This document shows, piece after piece, positions 9,606 through 21,737 of a stretch of DNA of 64,000 nt. The position numbers and the translations under genes were made by a program. Location: positions 443,090 to 507,089 of the forward strand of contig CAWAUM010000003.1 in NCBI GenBank assembly GCA_963785235.1, read 5' to 3'. Origin of the DNA: an uncultured delta proteobacterium. GTDB lineage: Bacteria > Desulfobacterota > Desulfomonilia > UBA1062. The notes below the pieces were generated by a model, which saw nothing but the letters and a program-made list of their open reading frames with translations, was not told where the DNA came from and made no database searches. Position 1 is the stretch's first letter. Every line of letters starts with the position of its first letter.

Positions 9606-11729
9606 ATGAGTACAAAATCAAAATTCATACACATACTTATAATCACGGGGTTTATCGCGATATTTCTCACCGGCAGAGAACCGCTGGCATCCGATTCCCT
9701 TAAACCCTCCGACTATATAAAGGAGATTACACCCTTAAAAGAATACCAGCGGGTTACCACCGAGATAATCAGGGAGATCAAGAAGAATCACTATAAAAAG
9801 GTCGCCATTGACGATGCACTCTCCAGCAAGATCTTTGACCGATATCTGTCGGATATAGATCCTTCACATATGTATTTCCTTGCATCTGATATCAAAGAAT
9901 TCGAACCTTTTCGCTACCGGCTGGATGACGGTCTTCTGAAGGGCGATTTAACGCCTGCCTTCACGATCTTCAACAGATACGATGAAAGGATTGCCCAAAG
10001 GCTTGTCTTGATCATCAGCCGGATAGAAGCCGGGCTCAAGGATATAAACCTTGAAAAGACAGACTATTTAGAAACAGATCGGGATAATGCGGCCTGGCCT
10101 GCCTCTCGCTCCGAACTCGAAGGCCTTTGGATCAAGGCTCTCAAGAACGACGTTATCACTATGAAGCTTGAAGGCAAGCCCATGCCCGAGATCATCACCA
10201 CCCTGTCGAGACGCTACTGGAGCCAACTCAAGCGTATCCGCCAAAACACGAGCGAAGACGTATTCCAAATATTCATGAACTCATTAGCCACAAGCTATGA
10301 CCCTCATACTTCGTATTTCTCCCCGAGATCATCCGAGAACTTCAATATAAATATGAGTCTATCCCTTGAAGGGATCGGCGCCATGCTCACCTCGGAGAAC
10401 GAGCACACTAAGGTAGTCAGGCTCATTACTGCCGGGCCTGCCGACAAATCAAAACAGCTCAAACCTAATGATAAAATCACTGGGGTAGGTCAAGGACCGG
10501 AGGGAGAAATAACAGATGTAGTCGGGTGGCGCCTTGATGAAGTCGTTGATCTCATCCGTGGCCCGAAAAACACCATGGTTCGACTCAAAATTATTCCAGC
10601 CGATGCAAGTGATGACCATCAAACCAAGATCGTAAGGCTCATGAGGGGCACGGTACAGCTTGAAGATCAGGCTGCCAGCAAGGATGTAATCGAAATCAAC
10701 AGAGGCGGCCATACCTATAAAGTAGGTATTATCCATATACCCACCTTCTACCTCGATATCAGGGCAATGCAATCCGACAGCGAGGACTACAAAAGCACCA
10801 CACGTGATGTAAAGCGTATATTGGGCGAGCTTGAAGCGCTGCGTGTGAATGGTGTTGTCATCGACCTGAGAGATAACGGCGGAGGATCGCTGCATGAGGC
10901 CAACACGTTAACAGGTTTGTTTATTAAGCGCGGTCCTACTGTTCTGATTAGATCAGCTGATGGTGTAACTGAAACCCTCTATGACCGTGATCCAAAGACC
11001 TTCTACTCAGGCCCCTTAACGGTAATCGTAAGCCGTTTGAGCGCATCCGCATCCGAGATATTTGCCGGGGCAATCCAGGATTATGGTCGCGGGATCATTG
11101 TGGGAGATAACACCTTTGGAAAAGGGACGGTTCAAACACTGCTTAATCTCTCTCGCGGGCAGCTCAAGGTGACCACAGCTAAATTCTACCGAATTTCAGG
11201 GGAGAGCACTCAACACCGCGGTGTAATACCGGATCTCTATTATCCAAATCTTTTCGATAAAGACACTATCGGCGAGAGCTCACTCAAGGATGCCATGCCA
11301 TGGGATGCCATCAGCGCCGTACCTCACTACGTTTTTGGGGACATCTCCCCTTATAAGGCGCAGCTTCGTTCCATGCATACCGCTCGCATACAAAATGACC
11401 CCGACTACACCTATACACTCGGCATGATGAAATACCTGAAAGCGGCACGCGATAAAAAGAAGATCTCCCTGAGGCTTTCCACAAGACTTCAGGAAAAGAA
11501 AATAAATGAAACACAAAGAATAACGCTAGAAAACAATCTCAGAAAGGCCAAGGGACAAAAACTTATAACAAATATAAATCAATTGAATGACGACAAAGAT
11601 GAATCTCAGCGGACCAAGCCTGCAAAGGATGATGCCGAGCTTGTTGAAAGCGGCAATATTCTAGTGGATTATCTCGTAATCAAGAACAAGTCGAGTCCTT
11701 CACAACAAGCCCAGACATGGGTCCAATAA
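9606..11729 (+). CDS. prc: Tail-specific (carboxy-terminal processing) protease, S41 family
   Basis: DPHTSY, SLEGIGA, PDZ region, DLRDNGGG, SASASEIFAGA, TFGKGTVQ. Confidence 0.95.
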   Translation: MSTKSKFIHILIITGFIAIFLTGREPLASDSLKPSDYIKEITPLKEYQRVTTEIIREIKKNHYKKVAIDDALSSKIFDRYLSDIDPSHMYFLASDIKEFEPFRYRLDDGLLKGDLTPAFTIFNRYDERIAQRLVLIISRIEAGLKDINLEKTDYLETDRDNAAWPASRSELEGLWIKALKNDVITMKLEGKPMPEIITTLSRRYWSQLKRIRQNTSEDVFQIFMNSLATSYDPHTSYFSPRSSENFNINMSLSLEGIGAMLTSENEHTKVVRLITAGPADKSKQLKPNDKITGVGQGPEGEITDVVGWRLDEVVDLIRGPKNTMVRLKIIPADASDDHQTKIVRLMRGTVQLEDQAASKDVIEINRGGHTYKVGIIHIPTFYLDIRAMQSDSEDYKSTTRDVKRILGELEALRVNGVVIDLRDNGGGSLHEANTLTGLFIKRGPTVLIRSADGVTETLYDRDPKTFYSGPLTVIVSRLSASASEIFAGAIQDYGRGIIVGDNTFGKGTVQTLLNLSRGQLKVTTAKFYRISGESTQHRGVIPDLYYPNLFDKDTIGESSLKDAMPWDAISAVPHYVFGDISPYKAQLRSMHTARIQNDPDYTYTLGMMKYLKAARDKKKISLRLSTRLQEKKINETQRITLENNLRKAKGQKLITNINQLNDDKDESQRTKPAKDDAELVESGNILVDYLVIKNKSSPSQQAQTWVQ

Positions 11730-11756
11730 GATTCCTTTTCCACTTGGGAGAACCCA

Positions 11757-12764
11757 ATGAAGATACTGGTAACAGGCGGAGCCGGATACATCGGAAGTCA
11801 TACCTGTCTTGAACTCTTAGAGGCAGGCCATGAAGTCGTTGTCGTAGACAACCTCATAAACTCCAAAGAGGACTCCCTCAAACGAGTGCAAGAAATCACG
11901 GGGAGATCTCTTATTTTTTATCGAGTTGATCTCCTTGACAGACAGGCACTTATGGACATATTCGCCCGTCATCACATCGATGCGGTAATCCATTTTGCAG
12001 GGCTTAAGGCCGTGGGGGAATCAGTCCAAATCCCATTGAAGTATTACCACAACAACATTACTGGTACCCTCATCCTGTGTGAAGTTATGGCTGAACACTC
12101 AGTAAAAAATATCGTGTTCAGCTCTTCTGCTACGGTCTATGGTGACCCGGCTGCTGTTCCAATCCGGGAAGACTTCCCGCTTGGACCAACGAATCCCTAT
12201 GGACGGACCAAGTTGATGATCGAAGAAATCCTCAAGGATCTCTTTGTGCCAGACCCATCCTGGAATATAGCCCTCCTACGATACTTCAATCCAATAGGGG
12301 CGCATGAAAGCGGTCGCATCGGCGAAGATCCGGACGGCATACCGAACAACCTGGTCCCTTATATCGCCCAGGTAGCGGTTGGGAGACTAGAAGAGTTGAA
12401 GGTCTTTGGGAATGATTACCCTACGCCTGACGGTACCGGCCTGAGGGATTACATCCATGTTGTTGACCTGGCACAAGGCCATCTTTATGCCCTTGACCGG
12501 CTCTTGGCAGGCAATGGTGTTATCACATACAATCTCGGTACGGGTCGCGGATATAGTGTTCTAGAGGTAGTAAGTGCCTTTGAAAAGGCCTGCAGCAGAA
12601 AAATTCGCTTTCAAATCGTGGGCAGGAGAGATGGAGACATCGCGGTCTGCTATGCAGACCCATCCAAGGCGAATACCGAGCTGGGCTGGGCTGCCAAACG
12701 AGGGATTGAAGAAATGTGCACAGATGCTTGGAGATGGCAGTCAAATAATCCTCACGGATACTAA
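11757..12764 (+). CDS. galE: UDP-glucose 4-epimerase
   Basis: [46 protein letters not shown]. Confidence 0.97.
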   Translation: MKILVTGGAGYIGSHTCLELLEAGHEVVVVDNLINSKEDSLKRVQEITGRSLIFYRVDLLDRQALMDIFARHHIDAVIHFAGLKAVGESVQIPLKYYHNNITGTLILCEVMAEHSVKNIVFSSSATVYGDPAAVPIREDFPLGPTNPYGRTKLMIEEILKDLFVPDPSWNIALLRYFNPIGAHESGRIGEDPDGIPNNLVPYIAQVAVGRLEELKVFGNDYPTPDGTGLRDYIHVVDLAQGHLYALDRLLAGNGVITYNLGTGRGYSVLEVVSAFEKACSRKIRFQIVGRRDGDIAVCYADPSKANTELGWAAKRGIEEMCTDAWRWQSNNPHGY

Positions 12765-12812
12765 TGACCACCTTGGTTTTGTTGACTTGGGGGCCAATGC
12801 CAAAGGTGAATT

Positions 12813-13724
12813 ATGCTCGTAAAAAATATCCTGAATAACACGGCACCCACTTTTAGTTTTGAATTCTTTCCACCCAGGAATGATGCCGCTTGGGAGAACC
12901 TTTTCCTTACCATATCCGACCTTATGCCTCTGAAACCTTCCTGGGTGAGCGTAACGTACGGTGCCGGAGGCTCAACCCGAGAGAACACACACCAGTTGGT
13001 TATGCGCATCAAGAGGGAGACTGACCTCACTGTGGTTTCCCACCTTACCTGCGTAGAGTCAACTCAAGATGATATCTTAACTATTTTAGAGCGTTATACA
13101 CAAAACGGCATTAAAAACATCCTGGCACTAAGGGGTGATACTCCTGCAGGCCACTTCGGCTGGTCTGCACCGCCTAATGGCTTCACCCATGCATCTGAAC
13201 TCGTAACCTTCATAAAGAAACATTTTCCTGATACGGGAATTGGGGTTGCAGGCTTCCCTGAGGGCCACCCCGAGACCCCCAATAGACTCAAGGAGATCGA
13301 TTACCTCAAGGCCAAGGTAGATTCCGGCGCTGACTATATCATAACCCAGCTTTTTTTCGATAACAGAGATTTCTATGATTTTTGTGAACGATGTGAACTC
13401 GCAGGTATTAGCATCCCGATCATTGCCGGCATCATGCCCATAATTACAAAAAACGGCATGATCCGGATGGCTGAGCTGGCAGCAGGGGCACGTTTTCCTG
13501 CAAGTCTCATGAGGGCTGTCAACCAGGCTGAATCCACAGGCGTTATCGAAAAAATCGGTATAGAATGGGCAACCGATCAAGTTCGCGACCTAATCGACAA
13601 CAAAGTCAGTGGCGTTCATTTCTACACGCTCAACAACGCACGTGCGACCCTGGGGATATACAAGGCACTTGGAGTAAAGGATTCCTCCCAGATTGGACCT
13701 CCCTTAAAATTGCCTTGTTTTTAA
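12813..13724 (+). CDS. metF: 5,10-methylenetetrahydrofolate reductase
   Basis: FSFEFFPP, SVTYGAGGS, HLTC, LALRGD, FPEGHP, ITQLFFD, HFYTLN. Confidence 0.96.
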   Translation: MLVKNILNNTAPTFSFEFFPPRNDAAWENLFLTISDLMPLKPSWVSVTYGAGGSTRENTHQLVMRIKRETDLTVVSHLTCVESTQDDILTILERYTQNGIKNILALRGDTPAGHFGWSAPPNGFTHASELVTFIKKHFPDTGIGVAGFPEGHPETPNRLKEIDYLKAKVDSGADYIITQLFFDNRDFYDFCERCELAGISIPIIAGIMPIITKNGMIRMAELAAGARFPASLMRAVNQAESTGVIEKIGIEWATDQVRDLIDNKVSGVHFYTLNNARATLGIYKALGVKDSSQIGPPLKLPCF

Positions 13725-13934
13725 CCTGCGTTCCTTGTTGATGTGGATTAACTATAAATACAAATGCTGTTCAATATGGGGGCATGTGTTTCCTGCTTGA
13801 TAATAATTGCGGTATCGGGGTATTAATAATACATGCAGTATGGGTAATGAGATTAATGTACTCAGATCGCTGCATGGATGCTATGTTGACGCTTATCCGG
13901 TAAGCGGTAATCCCAATATAAAGAGGAGGGTAAT

Positions 13935-14498
13935 ATGGTTCTAAGAAGAATTTTTGTCATACTGTTCGCAATGCTATTTTTATCCACATCGGCGTTTGCC
14001 ATCGATGTGGCCGGCGTCAAGATGCCTGACACTTTCAAGGCAGGGGGGCAGGATCTTGTTGCTAATGGCGGGGGCAAACGCACCAAGTTCATGATGAAGG
14101 TGTATGTGGCAGCCCTGTATCTCAAGCAGAAAAGCAGCGATGCACAGAAAATCATAGATGCTGATGAGCCTATGGCCATCAAGCTGCAGGTTACATCAGG
14201 AATGGTAACTGCCGACAAGATGAAGGCTGCCATCGATGAGGGTTTCGAGAACTCCACAGGCGGAAATGTCGGCCCCATGAAGCCCAAGATTGATGCCTTT
14301 ACTGCTGTCTTCAAAGAGATTGCCAGCGGTATTGTCTATGATTTTGTCTATGTGCCCGGCAAAGGAGTAGAGATCTATAAGAATGGACAGATGGCCTCTA
14401 CGATCCAGGGACTTGATTTCAAAAAGGCCCTGTTTGGCATCTGGCTCTGTAACAAACCTGCCCAGGAATCTTTGAAAGAGGAAATGCTCGGCAAATAG
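13935..14498 (+). CDS. Exported chalcone-isomerase-like fold protein
   Basis: Signal peptide, then L..NGGG.RTKF.MKVYVAALY and FKKALFGIWL...P; GAGGAGG RBS. Confidence 0.85.
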   Translation: MVLRRIFVILFAMLFLSTSAFAIDVAGVKMPDTFKAGGQDLVANGGGKRTKFMMKVYVAALYLKQKSSDAQKIIDADEPMAIKLQVTSGMVTADKMKAAIDEGFENSTGGNVGPMKPKIDAFTAVFKEIASGIVYDFVYVPGKGVEIYKNGQMASTIQGLDFKKALFGIWLCNKPAQESLKEEMLGK

Positions 14499-14519
14499 AT
14501 CTTGAATCTGCCTGCAAAA

Positions 14520-14552
14520 AGGGCTCGAGGGGCTGCTTTGCCCCCGAGCCCT
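14520..14552. terminator. GC-rich stem-loop
   Basis: AGGGCTCG...CGAGCCCT shortly after the stop at 14498. Confidence 0.5.
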
Positions 14553-14824
14553 ATGAATACTGTTCCTCCTTACTGAGCTTGAATACGCTGCATTATGCTT
14601 TCATAACCGTAGAGATTTATGTTGTTGTTGAAGATCTAAAAGCATTCTTGAAGCCGCCATGAAAAGTACAATGTTACCAACAGATTTCTCCTTAATCCTA
14701 ATAAAGAGGTGACATCATCATTAAGGGGGCTTTCTTAAGTTGCTATGGCCAAATGACGAAACATGCCCTATGGGCAGCCCTCAAAACACATGGGATGTTA
14801 TTCATCAGGTTCACGTGAGGTAAA

Positions 14825-15895
14825 ATGAAACAAGTTCTCAGTAGATGGCTTAAGCAGTATTTTTCTGACCCACAGTTCATGATCCTCATATTCATGCTTC
14901 TTGTATGCTTTATGCTGATCTATTTTTTCGGCAAGATGCTCATGCCTGTCTTTTTATCCATACTTATCGCCCTGCTGCTGGACAGCATTATTGAATGGTT
15001 AGGCCGTTTCAATGTCCGTCGAAAAGCAGGAGTCTACCTCGTTTTTCTTCTCTTCCTGGCGCTGTTTTTTGACCTGCTCATCATCTTGCTCCCACTTATC
15101 TCCCATCAGATAGGCCAGCTTGTACAAGATCTTCCGACCATTGTATCCAGGATAAAGGCGGACCTGCTCCTCCTTCCACAGAAATTCCCTGGTGTTATCT
15201 CTGAAGGGAGGATCAACCAGCTCATTGCAATACTCGCCTCAGAATTCAATAACCTGGGGAAAAATATCATCCAGATATCAGTCTCTTCAGTACGAGGGAT
15301 GATTGAGGCAATTATTTACCTGATCCTTGTCCCATTTTTGGTTTTCTTCTTTCTTAAAGATAAAGAGTTGCTCCTGGACTGGATACAAAGACATCTGCCA
15401 GAAGAACGTGGGCTGGCAATCAAGGTCTGGGATGAGGTATATGATCAGTTTTTCAACTACCTTAGGGGAAAAATACTTGAGATACTCTTTGTGTGGGGCA
15501 TTAATTATGCTGCCTTTGCACTTCTCGGACTGAAGTATTCGGTTATTTTATCTCTTTTCGTGGGATTGGCCGTGCTGGTCCCCTATATAGGCGCAGCCGT
15601 CCTGTTTATTCCAATGGTCATGATAGGTTTTTTCCAGTGGGGCTTCGGGCCAAATTTGATCTATCTCATCATAGCTTATGCCTTCCTGCATGCACTTGAC
15701 GGAAATATCATTGCACCACTTCTCCTGTCAAAAGTTGTTAAGATCCATCCTGTTGCAATCATCATCTCAATCCTTGTCTTTGGGGGGCTTTGGGGCTTCT
15801 GGGGGCTGGTCTTTGCCATTCCTCTGGCTACACTCCTCCATGCAGTTCTCAAGACTCGGATAAGTCCGACAATACCCTCTGAGGGATCCACATAA
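14825..15895 (+). CDS. AI-2E family (PerM-like) transporter
   Basis: Multi-TM; FFFLKD, YLRGK..EI, LVPYIGA, LDGNIIAP, HPVAII..L.FGGLWGFWG. Confidence 0.9.
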   Translation: MKQVLSRWLKQYFSDPQFMILIFMLLVCFMLIYFFGKMLMPVFLSILIALLLDSIIEWLGRFNVRRKAGVYLVFLLFLALFFDLLIILLPLISHQIGQLVQDLPTIVSRIKADLLLLPQKFPGVISEGRINQLIAILASEFNNLGKNIIQISVSSVRGMIEAIIYLILVPFLVFFFLKDKELLLDWIQRHLPEERGLAIKVWDEVYDQFFNYLRGKILEILFVWGINYAAFALLGLKYSVILSLFVGLAVLVPYIGAAVLFIPMVMIGFFQWGFGPNLIYLIIAYAFLHALDGNIIAPLLLSKVVKIHPVAIIISILVFGGLWGFWGLVFAIPLATLLHAVLKTRISPTIPSEGST

Positions 15896-16117
15896 CTATT
15901 GATTTCTTACAACCCTCACTTGCCCGGCGAACCCATGTTGACTTTAAAAGATGAGGCCTTTCTCTTTATAAGTGTTTTTCATTAAATGACTTTATCTCAT
16001 GAAACCGCATTTTTCTTCCGATATGAAAAAAGAGGTGTAGATAAATTGTGCCCTTATAAGGTTAGGAATGAAAAGAATAGTAATATCGAATTATTATCAA
16101 GTTTTTGAGATGAGGAT

Positions 16118-17566
16118 ATGACGAACAACCTTGACCTGCCGAAGGGTATCCATATACTCATTGCAGATTCAAGCGCGGTAGTCCGCAGCTTCCTGTCACG
16201 AGAACTCGGTAAATCAGGTGCGCTCATATCACTTGCTGATGATGGAGAACAAGCATTCGACTATGCATCATCGGAGGATATCGACCTTTTAATTGCCGAT
16301 GTCGACCTTCCCAAGATCGGCGGTATCGAGCTGTGTAGTAAGATAAAGAAAAACCATAAGACGCAACAGATACCAGTTATCATTCTCGACTCACTTAGTT
16401 CCGAAGATGGCATCCAGAAGGGATATCAAGCCGGGGCAACCGCATGTATTCCAAAATCACAGGCTAAAGAATCACTTATCGATGCTATCGGGAACGTGCT
16501 CCTCAAGGCAACCTTCCAGCGGGGACGCCTGATACTGGTCGTGGATGATTCTCTTACGGTCCGTTCCCTGGTCAGTAAGAGCCTCAAAGATGTGGGGTTC
16601 ACCATTATCCAGGCAGAAAATGGAAAAGTAGCCTTAGACCTCCTCCGTCACAACAAACCCGATCTCATTCTCAGCGACATCGACATGCCTGAGATGAACG
16701 GAGAGGCCTTCTGTCAGGCCGTTCATGCCGACCCTGTACTCGCTACCATTCCATTTGTGGTCATGAGCGCAAACAACCAGCGACCTATTATGAGGCGTAT
16801 GCTCCAGCTCGGGGCTGATTCATATCTCGTGAAACCATTTAATGTTGAACAGCTTGTAATAACAATTGAAAAACTGCTATCTGACCAGCTCCTACTCCTC
16901 TCAAAGGAAAAGGAGCGTCTCGAAATCGAGCAGAGGCTTATCCTTGCAAGTATTACGAGCCTATGCAATGCACTTGAAGCCAGAGACTCCTATACCAGGG
17001 GCCATTCAGAGGCAGTATCCGATATCGCCACCAAGATTGCTTTTCAGATGGGCATCTGTGGAGAGGAGATCGAGCTTATCCGGCTTGGGGGCAAACTGCA
17101 TGACCTTGGCAAGATCGGTGTTCTGGACAGTGTATTGCTAAAACCAGGCAAGCTTACGGATGAAGAGTTCGCCATCATTAAAAAACACCCTGTCATCGGT
17201 GCGGAGATTCTAAGGCCCGTCCCTTCTCTTGCCCCGATCATCCCGATAGTTCTCTATCATCATGAACGTTTTGATGGGAAAGGATATCCAGAGGGACTTC
17301 AGGGATCATCCATACCGCTTTGGGCAAGAATCACGGCTGTTGGAGATACCTATCATGCGCTTACTAGCGACCGTCCATACAGGGCAGGTATGCCTAAAGA
17401 CCAGGCACTGGCAATCATCCAGCAGGCGAGCGGCAGCCAGCTCTGTCCCGACTGTGTAGATGCATTCATCAAGATGGAACTCTGGGATAAGGCAACCTCT
17501 TCGCAAAATAATAATTCTGATGATAAGAATGTAGTTCCTATCTTGGCATCTATTACACGCTCATGA
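16118..17566 (+). CDS. REC-REC-HD-GYP response regulator (c-di-GMP phosphodiesterase)
   Basis: Two receiver domains; ARDSYTRGHS, LHDLGKIG, HHERFDGKGYP. Confidence 0.92.
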   Translation: MTNNLDLPKGIHILIADSSAVVRSFLSRELGKSGALISLADDGEQAFDYASSEDIDLLIADVDLPKIGGIELCSKIKKNHKTQQIPVIILDSLSSEDGIQKGYQAGATACIPKSQAKESLIDAIGNVLLKATFQRGRLILVVDDSLTVRSLVSKSLKDVGFTIIQAENGKVALDLLRHNKPDLILSDIDMPEMNGEAFCQAVHADPVLATIPFVVMSANNQRPIMRRMLQLGADSYLVKPFNVEQLVITIEKLLSDQLLLLSKEKERLEIEQRLILASITSLCNALEARDSYTRGHSEAVSDIATKIAFQMGICGEEIELIRLGGKLHDLGKIGVLDSVLLKPGKLTDEEFAIIKKHPVIGAEILRPVPSLAPIIPIVLYHHERFDGKGYPEGLQGSSIPLWARITAVGDTYHALTSDRPYRAGMPKDQALAIIQQASGSQLCPDCVDAFIKMELWDKATSSQNNNSDDKNVVPILASITRS

Positions 17567-17718
17567 AAAATCTACTTTATAATTTGTCACATGGAAGACC
17601 CTCATGGTGGATTACACCTAAAGATACACATTGCATTTACCCATTCTTTTGTTTATGTTTCACAAAGAGACAGCCCCTTAGAATCGGCTTATCAGGCTGA
17701 AATTCAGGCTAAGGGGAG

Positions 17719-19060
17719 ATGACGACTATGAGAAGAAACATCGTACATGAAGGAGCGGAACAGCTCACCTATGAAATACGGCAGATCGTTGCTGTAGCCG
17801 AAGACCTCCAGAGACTTGGGGTGGAGATCACCTGGGAGAACATCGGCGATCCTATTGCCAAAGGCGAGAAGATCCCCCAGTGGATCAAGGATATCATCAT
17901 CAAGCTGACTTCTGAGGATAAGACCTATGGGTATGTTGCCACTCAGGGCGTTGCAGCGTCACGCCAGTTTCTCGCAGAAATGGTGAATACCCGTGGCGGT
18001 TACCAGGTAACCAAGGATGACATCATATTCTTCGATGGCATTGGTGACGCCATTGCCAAGATATTCGGATATCTGAAACGCGAGGCAAGGGTGATAGGCC
18101 CGTCTCCAGCTTATTCCACACATTCCTCCGCCGAGGCGGCACACTCGGGATATGAGCACCTCACCTACGAACTCGATCCAAACAACCGCTGGATGCCGGA
18201 CCTTGTTGATCTCGAGAATAAGATTAAATACAATGACTCCATCGCAGGCATCCTCATTATTAACCCGGACAATCCCACGGGTGCTGTTTACTCCAGAGAA
18301 CTTCTTCACAAGATGGTGGAGATAGCCAGACGCTATAAGGTGTTTATGGTCTGCGATGAAACATATACCAAACTTGTCTACGGCGGCGCCGAGACAGCCC
18401 ATTTGAGTGAGGTTATTGCGGACGTTCCGGGTATAGCGCTACGGGGCATATCCAAGGAATATCCATGGCCGGGTGCCCGGTGCGGGTGGATTGAGGTTTT
18501 CAACCAGGACAAACTGCATTTCAAGCGATATATTAAAAGTCTCATCAATGCCAAGATGCTGGAGGTATGCTCCACAAGCCTGCCTCAGTATTCCATCCCG
18601 ATAGTCATGGGCGACCCTCGTTATGAAGGGCATCTCACTTCGCGGAGGTTAATGTACGAGAAGAGGGCCAATGAGGCATGGGATATCTTTTCACAGAGTC
18701 GAAGGGATCAAGGTGAACAAGCCCCAGGGGGCCTTCTACATGTCAGTCCTGTTTGAGGATGGAGTGCTGAACAACCGGCAGACCTTGCCCATCTCTAACC
18801 CAAAGGCGTTGGAATTCATTGAGAACAAGGTCAAGGGGGTTGAGGTTGACAAACGCTTCGTTTATTATCTCTTGGGCTCTACGGGTATCTGCGTAGTGCC
18901 TCTTACCGGATTCTGCTGTGATAGAAAAGGCTTCAGGATTACCTTGCTTGAAATGAACGATGAAAAACGCCTGTGGACCTGCCAGACTATTGCAGAGGGC
19001 ATAAGAAATTACATCAATTCCACGAGCAGCGCTGTAAACTCCAGCCAGTCCGTGGTCTAG
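17719..19060 (+). CDS. PLP-dependent aminotransferase class I/II (one frameshift near 18690)
   Basis: WENIGDP, INPDNPTG, DETY, GISKEYPWPGARCGW. The C-terminus (PQGAFY...GFRITLL) continues in ORF 18671-19060. Confidence 0.85.
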
Positions 19061-19121
19061 ACTGAGGGTTTTATTGATACAGGCGGACCAAAAGAATACT
19101 CGCCTGATCTTATTCCGGTGA

Positions 19122-19997
19122 TTGATGGTGAACACTGTGCGCAGAACTGATGTATCATTCCCTTCAGGCCCTGATACCATCTCCGGAACCCTGTTCATTC
19201 CAAACACAGACAAACCGTTACCAGCGCTTATCATCTGCCATGGTGCCCTGGACTTCAAGGAAAACTACTTTGAACTCTGCGAATACCTTGCAAACAAAGG
19301 CATTGCCTCCCTGGCCATAGACATGCATGGTCACGGAGCAAGCGGAGGAAAGCGTTTTCACGTGAATATGAAAGACTGGATCTTGGATATCATGCGCGCC
19401 ATAGACTTCCTTGAACAGACGCAAGGGATCAATGACAACTCCATCGGTGTCTTCGGCCTCTCTTCTGGAGGAACTGCCGTGCTTGAAGCAGCACTCGTTG
19501 ATAAAAGGATACGCTGCATCATAACCTTGGATGCTACAGTGAAGAATACCTTGAATCCTGTGGAATATCTGGGCATGAAATTCCTGGGTGCAATTGGCCA
19601 TATAAAACGTGTACTCACAAAAGACGATCTGAGGATATCCATGATAGGGCCTTTTAAAAAGGTAGAGGCCGCATCGGACCCGGAAGTAAACCGGAGATGG
19701 AAGGAGAATCCAAAGGTCTTAAAGATGTGGTCCGCCTTCCCTATCCCGGGAGCAAGTCCTTCACTCATCGTGGATACCCTCAAACGGGTGCACTTTATTA
19801 CATGCCCGACACTCGTCATCCATGGCGAGGATGACAAGGTGGATCCTGTTAAAAGCGCTCAAATGTTATTCCAGGCACTCACCTGCATAAAGAGCCTGCA
19901 TATTGTCCCGGGCAACGGCCACCTGGGCCACATGGACAGAAACAAAGGTGTCGTAATGCAGCTTACCGGGGAATGGGCGCAAACGCACCTGATTTGA
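19122..19997 (+). CDS. Alpha/beta hydrolase
   Basis: CHG, DMHGHGAS, nucleophile GLSSGG, HGEDD, GNGH. Confidence 0.85.
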   Translation: MMVNTVRRTDVSFPSGPDTISGTLFIPNTDKPLPALIICHGALDFKENYFELCEYLANKGIASLAIDMHGHGASGGKRFHVNMKDWILDIMRAIDFLEQTQGINDNSIGVFGLSSGGTAVLEAALVDKRIRCIITLDATVKNTLNPVEYLGMKFLGAIGHIKRVLTKDDLRISMIGPFKKVEAASDPEVNRRWKENPKVLKMWSAFPIPGASPSLIVDTLKRVHFITCPTLVIHGEDDKVDPVKSAQMLFQALTCIKSLHIVPGNGHLGHMDRNKGVVMQLTGEWAQTHLI

Positions 19998-20035
19998 GAA
20001 ATCAGGGCCAGTGTGTTATCCTTTGCCGCAATCAT

Positions 20036-21720
20036 ATGTTTCTCCCTACAACTATTCATGAGATGAAGACCCTTGGCTGGGATGGAATTGATATCATCCT
20101 GGTCACCGGAGACGCGTACATGGACAGCCCGCACATCGGGGTGGCGGTTATAGGCAAGGCACTGCTCAAGGCAGGGTACCGCGTGGGTATCATTTCCCAG
20201 CCGGATACCACGTCTTCGATTGATATCACGAGGCTTGGGGAACCGGCATTGTTCTGGGGCATAACCGGGGGCTGCATAGACTCCATGGTGGCCAATTACA
20301 CCCCTTTAAAGAAAAAAAGGAAATCCGATGACTATACACCTGGAGGGTTGAACACAAAAAGACCGGACAGGGCTGTGATCGTATATGCTAACCTCATCAG
20401 ACAATGTTCAAAAAAGAAGAAACCCATCGTAGCTGGGCGGCATCGAGGCAAGCCTGCGACGCATTGCGCACTATGATTTCTGGTCGGACAGTATCAGGCG
20501 CTCCATCCTCTTTGATGCAAAGGCCGACATCCTGGTCTATGGCATGGGGGAATACCCGGTCATTGAACTGGCGCACGCTTTGAGTTCGGGTGATGACTAT
20601 AAGGATATGAGAGGTATCTGCTTCATAAGCAAAGAAAAACCTCAAGACGCGATCGAACTGCCCTCATATGAAGATGTAGGAAAGGACGTGAATACCTTCA
20701 CCGAGATGTTCCACACCTTCTACCGGAATAACGACCCTATCACAGGTAAGGCCCTTTGCCAGAGGCATGGTGACCGCTACCTGGTACACAATAAACCGTG
20801 GCCTCTCCTGACTGAACATGAACTGGACGCTATCTATGAACTCGGTTATGAACGGGAGGTGCACCCCCACGAACAAGCCCTTGGCGAGGTGAAGGCAATG
20901 GAAACCATACGGTTCTCCATCACCACACACAGGGGCTGCATGGGACAATGCAACTTCTGCGCTATCTCCATGCATGAAGGTGCACGCGTGAACTCTCGCA
21001 GCGAGGAGTCCATTATTGCCGAAGCTCGATGTCTTACGTCTCACCCCAAGTTCAAAGGTTACATACAAGATGTGGGGGGGCCCACTGCCAACATGTATGG
21101 ATTTGCATGCACAGCGAACAATCATAAAGGTATATGCACCCGCCGGAGGTGCCTGCACCCGGACATCTGCACTCATCTGGGTATAAATCATACCAGGCAG
21201 CAACATCTCTTGAAAACACTCCGTTTTATCCCGGGCATTAAAAAGGCCTTTGTGAGCTCAGGCATCCGTCATGACCTGGTATGCGCAGACAAACACTATG
21301 GGGAAAGCTACTTGAAAGAGCTGGCAGAACACCATGTATCCGGACAGATGAAACTGGCGCCTGAACATACCGAGCCGGGTGTGCTTAACAAGGATGGGAA
21401 AGGCGGGCATTGCCACGCTGCTTGAGTTCAGGAATCGATTCTTGAAGATTTCAAGTGACAAAGGCAAGAGGCAGTTCCTCACCTATTATTTTCTCGCTGC
21501 ACATCCCGGTTGCACGGAGATGGACATGAAGCGGCTCAAATCTTTTGTCAATAAGAACCTGAAGCTTGGGCCGGAACAGGTACAGATCTTCACTCCCACA
21601 CCATCCACCTACTCCACCCTCATGTATTACACAGGCCTGGACCCATTCACTGGTGAAAAGATATTTGTAGAAAAAGACCCGGTATGCAAGAAGAGGCAGA
21701 AGGATATCCTGACCGGATAA
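20036..21720 (+). CDS. YgiQ-family radical SAM protein (frameshifts near 20436 and 21390)
   Basis: MFLPTT..EM, VTGDAY.DSP, DSMVANYT; HRGCMGQCNFC, DVGGPTANMY; YF.AAHPG, EQVQIFTPTP, spread over three ORFs. Confidence 0.88.
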
Positions 21721-21737
21721 AAGAGGTAACAATTACC

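Noticed and set aside
12765-12812. SAM riboswitch upstream of metF
   Set aside because: Only 48 bp separate galE and metF, and no S-box motifs are present.
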